Assembly (NCBI RefSeq): GCF_011045215.1
Contig: NZ_CP049201.1
Reading direction: 5' to 3' (one strand)
Source of the DNA: Escherichia coli
GTDB taxonomy: Bacteria > Pseudomonadota > Gammaproteobacteria > Enterobacterales > Enterobacteriaceae
Length of the DNA stretch: 64,000 nt
The notes under the pieces are model-generated. The model ran no database searches, was not told where the DNA came from, and was given only the letters and a program-made list of their open reading frames with translations. The translations under genes and the position numbers were made by a program. Below are positions 32,923 through 44,431 of the stretch, piece after piece (the first letter of the stretch is position 1; each line of letters starts with the position of its first letter).

Positions 32923-33354
32923 TTATTTAACGGGGGAAATATGCAACTCGTCGTAACCAGAAAGCGCGCAAGGTTGGCGGCTAAACGCCAGTTCCTCAAG
33001 GCTACCGATCACCAGTTCAAGCGTGGTCCGCACGGTACAGCCGGGCATCATATGACCGCCAAGCATCGTGCCGTGTGGATCGGAAACGCAGAGATGAAGA
33101 TGCTCACCACTCTGTTCCAACGTGCCGTTTAGTGAGATCACTTCGAATGTACCGTTCAGGAGCGTGGTGCCTTCTTGCCCGGCATAGCGCAAGGCGATGT
33201 CAGTCAGGCTACCGGTACAGCCTGCAATCCAGGCGGCATGAAGTTGCTGCTGCTGTGCAAAAGCGTGTAGCTGGGAAAAAACTTCCTGCCCGGGGAGGAG
33301 GCGCAGTGCGTAAAAGCGTGCGGAGGAAGAATATGGGTAGGGCAATGTCATCAT
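32923..33354 (-). CDS. PPC/DUF296-domain protein
   Basis: 143 aa; pattern G.FEV.SLNGTL....HLH......G...GGH...GC.V....E.V resembles the PPC (plants-and-prokaryotes conserved, DUF296) fold; first gene of the operon. Confidence 0.6.
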   Translation of the reverse strand: MMTLPYPYSSSARFYALRLLPGQEVFSQLHAFAQQQQLHAAWIAGCTGSLTDIALRYAGQEGTTLLNGTFEVISLNGTLEQSGEHLHLCVSDPHGTMLGGHMMPGCTVRTTLELVIGSLEELAFSRQPCALSGYDELHISPVK

Positions 33355-33588
33355 TGGAGTACTCCGAAACTCGGACGTATTGCGGATAATATCGACGCTG
33401 CATCAGTCATATTCTGATATAAGTCAGGGTTTGTGACGGCACAACGAAAAGATTTTGCTACGCTTATTCGTGATTCTGCAAAGTGGAATAAATTCCACAG
33501 GGGCGGGGCTGAAAACGTGACGTAAGTCAGATATTTGTTTTCTTTGACTGGACAATCATTCCTTTTATTCCACGTTTCGCTTATCCTA

Positions 33589-33603
33589 GCTGAAGCGTTT
33601 CAG
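33589..33603. promoter_or_regulatory. Candidate Cra (FruR)-type operator upstream of epd
   Basis: gctgaagcgtttcag palindrome (TGAA-N6-TTCA core) ~125 bp upstream of epd start. Confidence 0.35.
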
Positions 33604-33725
33604 TCGATTAAATGTTCGACAATTAACCAATCAGTCGCAGTTTGCGACAGGTAAGGTTTCCCCGGACGATTTGCTGGATTACTCTGTCTGGCAAATTTGC
33701 TCAGGGAAAACCTTGCAGGAGATCT

Positions 33726-34745
33726 ATGACCGTACGCGTAGCGATAAATGGCTTCGGTCGCATCGGGCGTAATGTGGTTCGTGCTTTGTATGAATCCGGA
33801 CGCCGGGCGGAAATTACCGTGGTGGCAATCAACGAACTGGCGGATGCTGCGGGCATGGCGCATTTGTTGAAATATGACACCAGCCATGGCCGTTTTGCAT
33901 GGGAAGTACGACAGGAACGCGATCAACTTTTTGTTGGTGATGACGCCATCCGCGTATTGCATGAACGTTCACTGCAATCGCTCCCCTGGCGTGAACTTGG
34001 CGTTGATGTAGTCCTCGACTGCACCGGCGTATATGGCTCCCGCGAGCATGGCGAAGCGCATATTGCCGCCGGGGCCAAAAAAGTGCTCTTTTCACATCCT
34101 GGCAGTAACGATCTCGACGCGACCGTTGTTTACGGCGTCAATCAGGATCAACTTCGTGCGGAACACCGCATCGTTTCTAACGCTTCCTGTACCACGAATT
34201 GCATAATTCCCGTCATCAAATTGTTAGATGATGCGTACGGTATTGAGTCCGGCACTGTGACCACAATTCACTCCGCCATGCACGATCAACAGGTTATTGA
34301 TGCATACCATCCTGACCTGCGTCGCACCCGGGCAGCCAGCCAGTCGATCATTCCGGTCGATACTAAACTGGCCGCCGGTATCACACGATTTTTTCCGCAA
34401 TTTAACGATCGCTTTGAAGCGATTGCGGTACGTGTGCCAACCATAAATGTGACGGCAATCGATTTAAGCGTGACGGTGAAGAAACCTGTAAAAGCCAATG
34501 AAGTCAACCTGTTGCTGCAAAAAGCAGCACAAGGTGCATTTCATGGTATAGTTGACTATACGGAATTGCCGTTGGTCTCTGTAGATTTTAACCACGATCC
34601 ACACAGTGCCATTGTCGATGGCACCCAAACCCGGGTCAGTGGCGCACACCTGATCAAAACGTTGGTCTGGTGCGATAACGAATGGGGCTTTGCTAACCGA
34701 ATGCTCGACACGACGTTAGCTATGGCTACTGTTGCTTTCAGGTAA
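33726..34745 (+). CDS. epd: D-erythrose-4-phosphate dehydrogenase
   Basis: Start at [27 protein letters not shown] (339 aa); GAPDH family with active-site SNASCTTNC. Confidence 0.93.
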
Positions 34746-34794
34746 GACGCAAGCAGCGTCTGCAAAACTTTTAGAATCAACGAGAGGATTCACC

Positions 34795-35958
34795 ATGTCT
34801 GTAATTAAGATGACCGATCTGGATCTTGCTGGGAAACGTGTATTTATCCGTGCGGATCTGAACGTACCAGTAAAAGACGGGAAAGTAACCAGCGACGCGC
34901 GTATCCGTGCTTCTCTGCCGACCATCGAACTGGCCCTGAAACAAGGCGCAAAAGTGATGGTAACTTCCCACCTGGGTCGTCCTACCGAAGGCGAGTACAA
35001 CGAAGAATTCTCTCTTCTGCCGGTTGTTAACTACCTGAAAGACAAACTGTCTAACCCGGTTCGTCTGGTTAAAGATTACCTCGACGGCGTTGACGTTGCT
35101 GAAGGTGAACTGGTTGTTCTGGAAAACGTTCGCTTCAACAAAGGCGAGAAGAAAGACGACGAAACCCTGTCCAAAAAATACGCTGCACTGTGTGACGTGT
35201 TCGTAATGGACGCATTCGGTACTGCTCACCGCGCGCAGGCTTCTACTCACGGTATCGGTAAATTCGCTGACGTTGCGTGCGCAGGCCCGCTGCTGGCAGC
35301 TGAACTGGACGCGCTGGGTAAAGCACTGAAAGAACCTGCTCGCCCGATGGTGGCTATCGTTGGTGGTTCTAAAGTATCTACCAAACTGACCGTTCTGGAC
35401 TCCCTGTCTAAAATCGCTGACCAGCTGATTGTTGGTGGTGGTATCGCTAACACCTTTATCGCGGCACAAGGCCACGATGTGGGTAAATCCCTGTACGAAG
35501 CTGACCTGGTTGACGAAGCAAAACGTCTGCTGACCACCTGCAACATCCCGGTTCCGTCTGATGTTCGCGTAGCAACCGAGTTCTCTGAAACCGCTCCGGC
35601 TACCCTGAAATCTGTTAACGATGTGAAAGCTGACGAGCAGATCCTGGATATCGGTGATGCTTCCGCTCAGGAACTGGCTGAAATCCTGAAGAATGCGAAA
35701 ACCATTCTGTGGAACGGTCCGGTTGGCGTGTTCGAATTCCCGAACTTCCGCAAAGGTACTGAAATCGTGGCTAACGCTATCGCAGACAGCGAAGCGTTCT
35801 CCATCGCTGGCGGCGGCGACACTCTGGCAGCAATCGACCTGTTCGGCATTGCTGACAAAATCTCCTACATCTCCACTGGCGGCGGCGCATTCCTCGAATT
35901 CGTGGAAGGTAAAGTACTGCCTGCAGTAGCGATGCTCGAAGAGCGCGCTAAGAAGTAA
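34795..35958 (+). CDS. pgk: Phosphoglycerate kinase
   Basis: Start at [25 protein letters not shown] (387 aa). Confidence 0.95.
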
Positions 35959-35966
35959 AAAATCAC

Positions 35967-35993
35967 AGGGCAGGGAAACCTGCCCTTGTTTCA
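35967..35993 (+). terminator. Hairpin in pgk-fbaA intergenic (attenuating terminator candidate)
   Basis: agggcagg-gaaa-cctgccct followed by tgtttcag. Confidence 0.4.
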
Positions 35994-36172
35994 GCGCGCT
36001 TTTAGAGCACGCATTTTTTCATACTCTAAATAATTCGAGTTGCAGGAAGGCGACAAGAGAGTGAATCCCCAGGAGCTTACATAAGTAAGTGACTGGGGTG
36101 AGCGAACGCAGACGCAGCACATGCAACTTGAAGTATGACGAGTATAAGGCCCGACGATACAGGACAAGAGAC

Positions 36173-37252
36173 ATGTCTAAGATTTTTGATTTCGTAAAAC
36201 CTGGCGTAATCACTGGTGATGACGTACAGAAAGTTTTCCAGGTAGCAAAAGAAAACAACTTCGCACTGCCAGCAGTAAACTGCGTCGGTACTGACTCCAT
36301 CAACGCCGTACTGGAAACCGCTGCTAAAGTTAAAGCGCCGGTTATCGTTCAGTTCTCCAACGGTGGTGCTTCCTTTATCGCTGGTAAAGGCGTGAAATCT
36401 GACGTTCCGCAGGGTGCTGCTATCCTGGGCGCGATCTCTGGTGCGCATCACGTTCACCAGATGGCTGAACACTATGGTGTTCCGGTGATCCTGCATACCG
36501 ACCACTGCGCGAAGAAACTGCTGCCGTGGATCGACGGTCTGCTGGACGCGGGTGAAAAACACTTCGCTGCTACCGGTAAGCCGCTGTTCTCTTCTCACAT
36601 GATCGACCTGTCTGAAGAATCTCTGCAAGAGAACATCGAAATCTGCTCTAAATACCTGGAGCGTATGTCCAAAATCGGCATGACTCTGGAAATCGAACTG
36701 GGTTGCACCGGTGGTGAAGAAGACGGCGTGGACAACAGCCACATGGACGCTTCTGCACTGTACACCCAGCCGGAAGACGTTGATTACGCATACACCGAGC
36801 TGAGCAAAATCAGCCCGCGTTTCACCATCGCAGCGTCCTTCGGTAACGTACACGGTGTTTACAAGCCGGGTAACGTTGTTCTGACTCCGACCATCCTGCG
36901 TGATTCTCAGGAATATGTTTCTAAGAAACACAACCTGCCGCACAACAGCCTGAACTTCGTATTCCACGGTGGTTCCGGTTCTACTGCTCAGGAAATCAAA
37001 GACTCCGTAAGCTACGGCGTAGTGAAAATGAACATCGATACCGATACCCAATGGGCAACCTGGGAAGGCGTTCTGAACTACTACAAAGCGAACGAAGCTT
37101 ATCTGCAGGGTCAGCTGGGTAACCCGAAAGGCGAAGATCAGCCGAACAAGAAATACTACGATCCGCGCGTATGGCTGCGTGCCGGTCAGACTTCGATGAT
37201 CGCTCGTCTGGAAAAAGCATTCCAGGAACTGAACGCGATCGACGTTCTGTAA
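36173..37252 (+). CDS. fbaA: Fructose-bisphosphate aldolase class II
   Basis: Start at MSKIFDFVKPGVITGDDVQKVF (359 aa). Confidence 0.95.
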   Translation: MSKIFDFVKPGVITGDDVQKVFQVAKENNFALPAVNCVGTDSINAVLETAAKVKAPVIVQFSNGGASFIAGKGVKSDVPQGAAILGAISGAHHVHQMAEHYGVPVILHTDHCAKKLLPWIDGLLDAGEKHFAATGKPLFSSHMIDLSEESLQENIEICSKYLERMSKIGMTLEIELGCTGGEEDGVDNSHMDASALYTQPEDVDYAYTELSKISPRFTIAASFGNVHGVYKPGNVVLTPTILRDSQEYVSKKHNLPHNSLNFVFHGGSGSTAQEIKDSVSYGVVKMNIDTDTQWATWEGVLNYYKANEAYLQGQLGNPKGEDQPNKKYYDPRVWLRAGQTSMIARLEKAFQELNAIDVL

Positions 37253-37278
37253 GTCATTCCTTTCTGCTTATCTCAAGG

Positions 37279-37301
37279 CCCGCTCTGCGGGTCTTTTTTT
37301 T
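37279..37301 (+). terminator. fbaA rho-independent terminator
   Basis: cccgc-tct-gcggg hairpin followed by tctttttttt. Confidence 0.6.
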
Positions 37302-37317
37302 GCCAAAAGAAAAATTG

Positions 37318-37416
37318 CCTGATGCGCTACGCTTATCAGGCCTACACGTATCCTGCAATATATTGAATTAGCAGGTTTTTGTAGGCCGGATAAGGCGTTC
37401 ACGCCGCATCCGGCAT
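37318..37416. repeat. REP elements (two palindromic units)
   Basis: gcctgatgcgctacgcttatcaggcctac and gtaggccggataaggcgttcacgccgcatccggca. Confidence 0.6.
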
Positions 37417-37445
37417 GACAAAGCGCACATTGATATCTGTCTGAG

Positions 37446-37468
37446 CCCCGCTCTGCGGGTCTTTTTTT
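37446..37468 (+). terminator. Second copy of the fbaA-type terminator hairpin
   Basis: ccccgctctgcgggtcttttttt, near-identical to 37279..37301, on the far side of the REP block. Confidence 0.45.
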
Positions 37469-37610
37469 CGCCAAAAGCAAGGTGATACAGATGAGAAATC
37501 TGTGATCTATTTGGCAAAATTATGCTTTATTGTTTACCCTTGTCAGACTGCCCGTCATAAGGCGGCGGAGTGTATTTCTCCATTTTGAGTCAGTTGAAAA
37601 GGAATATTGA

Positions 37611-38471
<861 letters not shown>

Positions 38472-38479
38472 TCAACGCT

Positions 38480-38520
38480 GAGGCCAGATAATACTCTCTG
38501 GCCTCTCTCTTATTATTTTT
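38480..38520 (+). terminator. Putative mscS terminator
   Basis: gaggccag-ataatactct-ctggcctc followed by T-rich run. Confidence 0.5.
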
Positions 38521-38609
38521 TCTGATTGCCAATTAATATTATCAATTTCCGCTAATAACAATCCCGCGATATAGTCTCTGCATCAGATACTTAATTCGGA
38601 ATACCAAAC

Positions 38610-39245
38610 GTGTTTTCTTATTACTTTCAAGGTCTTGCACTTGGCGCAGCTATGATCCTACCGCTCGGTCCACAAAATGCTTTTGTGATGAATCAGGGCA
38701 TTCGTCGTCAGTACCACATTATGATTGCCTTACTTTGCGCTATCAGCGATTTGGTCCTGATTTGCGCCGGGATTTTTGGTGGCAGCGCGTTATTGATGCA
38801 GTCGCCGTGGTTGCTGGCGCTGGTCACCTGGGGCGGCGTAGCCTTCTTGCTCTGGTATGGTTTTGGCGCTTTTAAAACAGCGATGAGCAGTAATATTGAG
38901 TTAGCCAGTGCCGAAGTCCTGAAGCAAGGAAGATGGAAAATTATCGCCACCATGTTGGCAGTGACCTGGCTGAATCCGCATGTTTACCTGGATACTTTTG
39001 TTGTACTGGGCAGCCTTGGCGGTCAGCTTGACGTCGAACCAAAACGTTGGTTTGCGCTCGGGACAATTAGCGCCTCTTTCCTGTGGTTCTTTGGTCTGGC
39101 TATTCTCGCAGCCTGGCTGGCACCGCGCCTGCGCACGGCAAAATCACAGCGCATTATCAATCTGGTAGTGGGATGTGTCATGTGGTTTATAGCCTTGCAG
39201 CTGGCGAGAGACGGTATTGCTCATGCACAAGCCTTGTTCAGTTAG
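38610..39245 (+). CDS. argO: Arginine exporter (LysE family), GTG start
   Basis: 211 aa, [34 protein letters not shown]. Confidence 0.9.
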
Positions 39246-39337
39246 GCGCTATCTGATGGAAAAATAAAACAGAGGCGCTAAGCTTGCCTCCAGAGGTCCT
39301 GAATTTTGGGCAAGTCAATTAACACGGAGAGACTAAC

Positions 39338-40078
39338 GTGAAGTTCAAAGTTATCGCCCTGGCGGCATTAATGGGTATTAGCGGGATGGCAGCGCAGGCT
39401 AACGAATTGCCGGATGGACCGCATATTGTCACCTCCGGTACGGCAAGTGTGGATGCGGTGCCAGACATTGCCACTCTTGCGATTGAAGTTAACGTGGCCG
39501 CGAAGGATGCCGCTACTGCCAAGAAACAGGCGGATGAGCGCGTCGCACAATACATTTCCTTCCTTGAACTCAATCAGATCGCGAAAAAAGATATCAGCTC
39601 AGCGAACTTACGCACCCAGCCAGATTATGATTATCAGGATGGTAAAAGTATCCTTAAAGGCTACCGCGCTGTGAGAACGGTGGAAGTCACGCTCCGTCAG
39701 TTAGACAAACTGAATTCCTTGCTGGATGGCGCGCTGAAGGCGGGTCTTAACGAAATTCGTTCTGTGTCGCTGGGCGTGGCGCAGCCGGATGCCTATAAAG
39801 ACAAAGCACGTAAGGCAGCGATTGATAACGCGATTCATCAGGCGCAGGAACTGGCGAACGGCTTTCATCGTAAACTGGGGCCGGTATATAGCGTGCGCTA
39901 CCATGTTTCCAACTATCAGCCCAGCCCAATGGTGCGGATGATGAAAGCCGATGCCGCGCCGGTCTCAGCCCAGGAAACTTACGAGCAGGCCGCTATTCAG
40001 TTTGATGATCAGGTCGATGTGGTCTTCCAGTTAGAACCTGTGGATCAACAACCCGCTAAAACACCTGCAGCACAATAA
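39338..40078 (+). CDS. yggE: DUF541 periplasmic protein YggE, GTG start
   Basis: 246 aa with signal peptide MKFKVIALAALMGISGMAAQA. Confidence 0.85.
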   Translation: MKFKVIALAALMGISGMAAQANELPDGPHIVTSGTASVDAVPDIATLAIEVNVAAKDAATAKKQADERVAQYISFLELNQIAKKDISSANLRTQPDYDYQDGKSILKGYRAVRTVEVTLRQLDKLNSLLDGALKAGLNEIRSVSLGVAQPDAYKDKARKAAIDNAIHQAQELANGFHRKLGPVYSVRYHVSNYQPSPMVRMMKADAAPVSAQETYEQAAIQFDDQVDVVFQLEPVDQQPAKTPAAQ

Positions 40079-40244
40079 TACTTGTAGCCCGACGTATTCG
40101 TCGGGCTAATGCCTTTACCCGATATTGCCTCCTTTTTCTGTAATTTTCTGTAAAACCATGACGTAATCACCTATCTTTGCTCGCGGTTTCATCAAGGATA
40201 GGCTGACTGAAACGGTTAAGCGGACAAGGATGCGGGGGAGGGGG

Positions 40245-41141
40245 ATGGACATTTTTATTTCGAAAAAGATGCGCAATTTCATTTTATTAGCGCAAACCAA
40301 TAATATTGCCCGGGCGGCAGAAAAAATCCATATGACGGCTTCGCCATTTGGTAAAAGCATTGCCGCGCTGGAAGAACAAATTGGCTATACGCTATTTACC
40401 CGCAAAGATAATAATATCAGCCTCAATAAAGCCGGACAGGAACTGTGTCAAAAACTGTTCCCGGTTTATCAACGGCTTTCTGCGATTGATAATGAAATCC
40501 ATAACTCAGGGCGTCGTTCACGAGAAATTGTGATTGGCATAGATAATACTTATCCGACAATTATTTTCGATCAGTTGATTAGTCTCGGAGATAAGTATGA
40601 AGGCGTGACCGCCCAGCCAGTTGAGTTCAGCGAAAACGGCGTTATCGATAATCTTTTTGACCGCCAGTTAGATTTTATTATCTCCCCACAGCATGTATCT
40701 GCACGAGTTCAGGAACTGGAAAACCTGACTATCAGTGAACTACCACCGCTGCGATTAGGCTTTCTCGTTTCTCGCCGTTATGAAGAGCGTCAAGAGCAAG
40801 AGCTGCTTCAGGAGCTGCCCTGGCTACAAATGCGCTTTCAGAACCGGGCCAACTTCGAAGCAATGATTGATGCGAATATGCGACCTTGTGGGATCAATCC
40901 AACCATTATTTATCGTCCCTACAGTTTTATGGCCAAAATCAGCGCCGTGGAGCGCGGACATTTTCTGACGGTGATCCCGCATTTTGCCTGGCGACTGGTG
41001 AATCCGGCAACGCTGAAATATTTTGATGCACCGCACAGGCCGATGTATATGCAGGAATATCTTTATTCAATCAGAAATCATCGTTATACCGCCACGATGC
41101 TTCAGCATATTGCTGAAGATCGTGACGGGACAAACCATTAA
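40245..41141 (+). CDS. ygfI: LysR-family transcriptional regulator
   Basis: HTH region ILLAQTNNIARAAEKIHMTASPFGKSIAALEEQIGYTLF; start chosen at MDIFISKK (298 aa). Confidence 0.75.
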   Translation: MDIFISKKMRNFILLAQTNNIARAAEKIHMTASPFGKSIAALEEQIGYTLFTRKDNNISLNKAGQELCQKLFPVYQRLSAIDNEIHNSGRRSREIVIGIDNTYPTIIFDQLISLGDKYEGVTAQPVEFSENGVIDNLFDRQLDFIISPQHVSARVQELENLTISELPPLRLGFLVSRRYEERQEQELLQELPWLQMRFQNRANFEAMIDANMRPCGINPTIIYRPYSFMAKISAVERGHFLTVIPHFAWRLVNPATLKYFDAPHRPMYMQEYLYSIRNHRYTATMLQHIAEDRDGTNH

Positions 41142-42616
41142 CCCAGCATCGAGCCGGTTGCAATTAAATTACGGTGTAAGTCGAAGACGTGGCTAAGATC
41201 GTGGTGAATATGTCCGCCAGGCGCATTTTCCAGATAGCGATGCAGATAATCCCGATACATAGGATGTGCACAATTATCAATGATCGTGCGGGCGCGTTGA
41301 AGCGGGGAAAGACCGCGCAGATCGGCGATCCCTTGTTCGGTGATGATCACTTTGACGCTGTGTTCGCTGTGATCAACATGGCTGCACATTGGCACGACGG
41401 TTGAGATCTTGCCTTCTTTAGCAATCGACGGGGCCATAAAGATCGACAGATACGCGTTGCGTTCAAAATCACCGCTGCCGCCGATGCCGTTCATCAGATC
41501 GACCCCGGCTACGTGCGTTGAGTTGGCATGCCCGTAAATATCAAACTCCAGGCCGACGTTCAGAGCGATGACGCCCAGACGACGGATGATTTCCGGGTTA
41601 TTGGAAATCTCCTGCGGACGCAACACAATGCGGCTGGCAAAGTAATCCATATTGTCGTAAATCTTGCGCAGGGAATCGGCCGAGATTGTCAGGCTGGAGG
41701 CGCTGGCCCCGCTGATTTTGCCGGTTTCCAGTAAATGCACCACCGATTCCTGTAGCACTTCCGAATACATCATAAACGGAGGAATTTCCGGGTTTTCCCC
41801 CAGACGCGCCATTACCGCATTATTGATATTGCCCACGCCACTTTGCAGCGGCAGAAATTCCGGCGGAATACGCCCATGCGCCATTTCCTGCAATAAGAAC
41901 GTGACCACGTTATCGGCAATCTGCTGGCACATGGGATTTTGCTTATCCAGCATATTACCGGCGTCAGGCAAGTTGGTTTCCACGACGGCGACAATCTTTT
42001 TCGGATCGATTTGCACATAGCGGGTACCGACGCGATCCATTGCATGGAAGATCGACACGCTATTGCGCCGTGGTGGCGCGCCAGGAATCACAATATCTGC
42101 CAGTTCTGCAACGCGCGGATCGTGATAGTGATTAAGTTCAATGATCACTTTCTTCGCCCGCAGCAGCCATGTCGGCGCATTACCGATCCCGCTGGTTAAC
42201 CAGACTCGACCATCTGGTGCCAGTGCCGATGCTTCAATGACGGCAACATCAATGTCGCCGAAGAAACCGTAATTGACCATTTGCGCCACTTCGCTCAAAT
42301 GCAGGTCAACGAAACTCACCGCGCCCTGATTGATCTTTTTACGTAAACCGGACGATGTTTGATATGGCGCACGCCAGGAAACAGCATCGGCGTCAGAAAG
42401 TACATCGTCAGCGGCGGCGCTGATTGACGCCCCCGTCAGCAGGCGAATTTGATACGGCTTTTTGGCCTCATGCTGTTCGTTAGCTCTGCGGGCAATCGCG
42501 GTGGGTAGGGCTTTCGGCGAACCCGCCGGGGTAAAGCCGCTAAATGCCACCATGTCGTTATGCTGGATAATTTCTGCCGCTTCATCGGCGGTCATCCTTG
42601 TCCACTGAGTTTCCAT
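41138..42616 (-). CDS. scpC: Propionyl-CoA:succinate CoA-transferase
   Basis: 492 aa, METQWTRMTADEAAEIIQHNDMVAFSGFTPAGSPKALP. Confidence 0.9.
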   Translation of the reverse strand: METQWTRMTADEAAEIIQHNDMVAFSGFTPAGSPKALPTAIARRANEQHEAKKPYQIRLLTGASISAAADDVLSDADAVSWRAPYQTSSGLRKKINQGAVSFVDLHLSEVAQMVNYGFFGDIDVAVIEASALAPDGRVWLTSGIGNAPTWLLRAKKVIIELNHYHDPRVAELADIVIPGAPPRRNSVSIFHAMDRVGTRYVQIDPKKIVAVVETNLPDAGNMLDKQNPMCQQIADNVVTFLLQEMAHGRIPPEFLPLQSGVGNINNAVMARLGENPEIPPFMMYSEVLQESVVHLLETGKISGASASSLTISADSLRKIYDNMDYFASRIVLRPQEISNNPEIIRRLGVIALNVGLEFDIYGHANSTHVAGVDLMNGIGGSGDFERNAYLSIFMAPSIAKEGKISTVVPMCSHVDHSEHSVKVIITEQGIADLRGLSPLQRARTIIDNCAHPMYRDYLHRYLENAPGGHIHHDLSHVFDLHRNLIATGSMLG

Positions 42617-42639
42617 TTTTACTCCTTCGTTCGCAGGGA

Positions 42640-43425
42640 TTAATGACCAACGAAATTAGGTTTACGTTTTTCGAGGAAAGCGTTCATCCCTTCCTGGTAA
42701 TCTTCGCTGTCATAAACCGCGCGGCGCATCCCCTGAATACGTTCAAATTCATCGGAGTTCATGGTGTGTGCTTCGCCCAGTACACGCAGCTCTTCTTTGA
42801 TAACGGCAATGGCTAACGGCGCTTTCTCAGAGATGTGGTGCGCCATTTGTAAGGTGAAATCTTCCAGTTCTTCCACTTCCACAACATGGTTGAGGATGCC
42901 GACAGCCAGCGCGCGCTGGGCGGTGATTGGCGAAGCGGTAAAAATCAGCTCTTTGACAATGTGGAAGCCCGCGTCGCGGGTCAGGTTGTGAATGCCGACC
43001 AGGTTATACGGGACGCCGAGGTTTACAGGCGTCATTGAGAAGGTTGAGGTACTGGCGGCGATGATCAGATCGGAACTCATGATCATTTCAAATGCGCCAC
43101 CCCAAACACTACCTTCCACCATCGAAATGATCGGTTTCGGGAATTTTTGGATCATGCGGGTGATTTGACGCAATGGATCATCATAGGAGAGCGGATCGCG
43201 ACCGCCAGACGGCAGTTCGTGAATATCGTGACCTGCGGAGAAGACTTTGGATCCACTCGGCGCCCGCAAAATGATACAGCGAATTTCCGGCCGGTTGAGA
43301 TCGCTTAACGCCTGCATAAGATCATCAATAAAGACTTTACTTAAGGCATTAAGTTTTCGGCCATAGTTAAACTCAATGACCGCCACTTTGTTGATAGTGG
43401 CAACGTTCACATACTGATAAGACAT
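42640..43425 (-). CDS. scpB: Methylmalonyl-CoA decarboxylase (crotonase fold)
   Basis: Start at MSYQYVNVATINKVAVIEFNYGRKLNAL (261 aa). Confidence 0.9.
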   Translation of the reverse strand: MSYQYVNVATINKVAVIEFNYGRKLNALSKVFIDDLMQALSDLNRPEIRCIILRAPSGSKVFSAGHDIHELPSGGRDPLSYDDPLRQITRMIQKFPKPIISMVEGSVWGGAFEMIMSSDLIIAASTSTFSMTPVNLGVPYNLVGIHNLTRDAGFHIVKELIFTASPITAQRALAVGILNHVVEVEELEDFTLQMAHHISEKAPLAIAVIKEELRVLGEAHTMNSDEFERIQGMRRAVYDSEDYQEGMNAFLEKRKPNFVGH

Positions 43426-43435
43426 AAAAATTCCT

Positions 43436-44431
43436 TTAATCAAAATATTGCGTCTGGATAAATTCACTGAGCTGCCGCAGGCCGGTGCGCGGTGAGAGCG
43501 TATTGTTTTTGACCGCTAAAAGCGTCTGGCGGTAATAGCGATCGAAATCTTCATTCGCGAACAGGTGATTCAGTACTTCTTCTTCGGTCTGCTTACGCAG
43601 CCATTCCACCGATTGTTGTTGCCGCACTTGTTGTAAACGACCACTGGCAGTTAGCGCGGTTTTGAAGTCGATGATGGCGTGCCAGATCTCATCGATTCCA
43701 CGTTTTTCCAGTGCGCTACAAGTCAGAACCCGTGGCTGCCATTCGTCGTATTTACGTCGCAGAATATGCAGGGCACTCTCGTACATATGCCGGGCAATGG
43801 CGATATTGGTATGGTTATCGCCATCGTCTTTGTTGATTACGATCAGATCAGCCACTTCCATCAGCCCTTTTTTAATGCCCTGCAGATCATCGCCGCCACC
43901 GGCAATTTGCAACGAGATAAAACAGTCCACCATGCGGGCGACTTCCGTTTCCGACTGCCCGACGCCAACCGTTTCGACAATCACTACGTCATAACCCGCC
44001 GCTTCGCATAACAGCATTAATTCCCGCGCTCGCTGACTGGCACCGCCCAGATGACCGGAGGATGGTACCGGGCGAATAAACGCCGTCTCGGCACGCGCCA
44101 GGTCATTCATGCGGGTTTTATCCCCGAGAATGCTACCGCCAGTGACTGGACTGCTGGGATCGACCGCAATAACCGCAACCTTTAATCCATCACGAATCAA
44201 CAACATGCCAAAGGCTTCAAGAAAGGTACTTTTCCCCGCGCCGGGTGTGCCGGTAACGCCCAGTCGCAGGGCGTTACCGCAGTACGGCATAATGGCATCA
44301 AGCAGTTGCGTACTTAGCGCCTGATGACGCGGGTGACGGCTTTCCACCAGCGTCATGGCCTGGGCGAGTGTGGCACGCTCACCCTGACGTAAGCGGCGAA
44401 TACTTTCTGCCAGCGTGGCTTCATTAATCAT
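43436..44431 (-). CDS. argK: MeaB/ArgK-type G-protein chaperone of methylmalonyl-CoA mutase
   Basis: 331 aa; P-loop GTPGAGKST. Confidence 0.9.
   Translation of the reverse strand: MINEATLAESIRRLRQGERATLAQAMTLVESRHPRHQALSTQLLDAIMPYCGNALRLGVTGTPGAGKSTFLEAFGMLLIRDGLKVAVIAVDPSSPVTGGSILGDKTRMNDLARAETAFIRPVPSSGHLGGASQRARELMLLCEAAGYDVVIVETVGVGQSETEVARMVDCFISLQIAGGGDDLQGIKKGLMEVADLIVINKDDGDNHTNIAIARHMYESALHILRRKYDEWQPRVLTCSALEKRGIDEIWHAIIDFKTALTASGRLQQVRQQQSVEWLRKQTEEEVLNHLFANEDFDRYYRQTLLAVKNNTLSPRTGLRQLSEFIQTQYFD

Noticed and set aside
36077-37051. 324-aa antisense ORF across fbaA, and similar long antisense ORFs over pgk (34777..35475), speB (20420..21436), speA (18634..19206), pepP (53331..54035), gcvP (60086..60784) and metK (15806..16426, plus strand)
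   Set aside because: All are embedded opposite highly conserved housekeeping genes and have biased, low-complexity translations; treated as frame artefacts.
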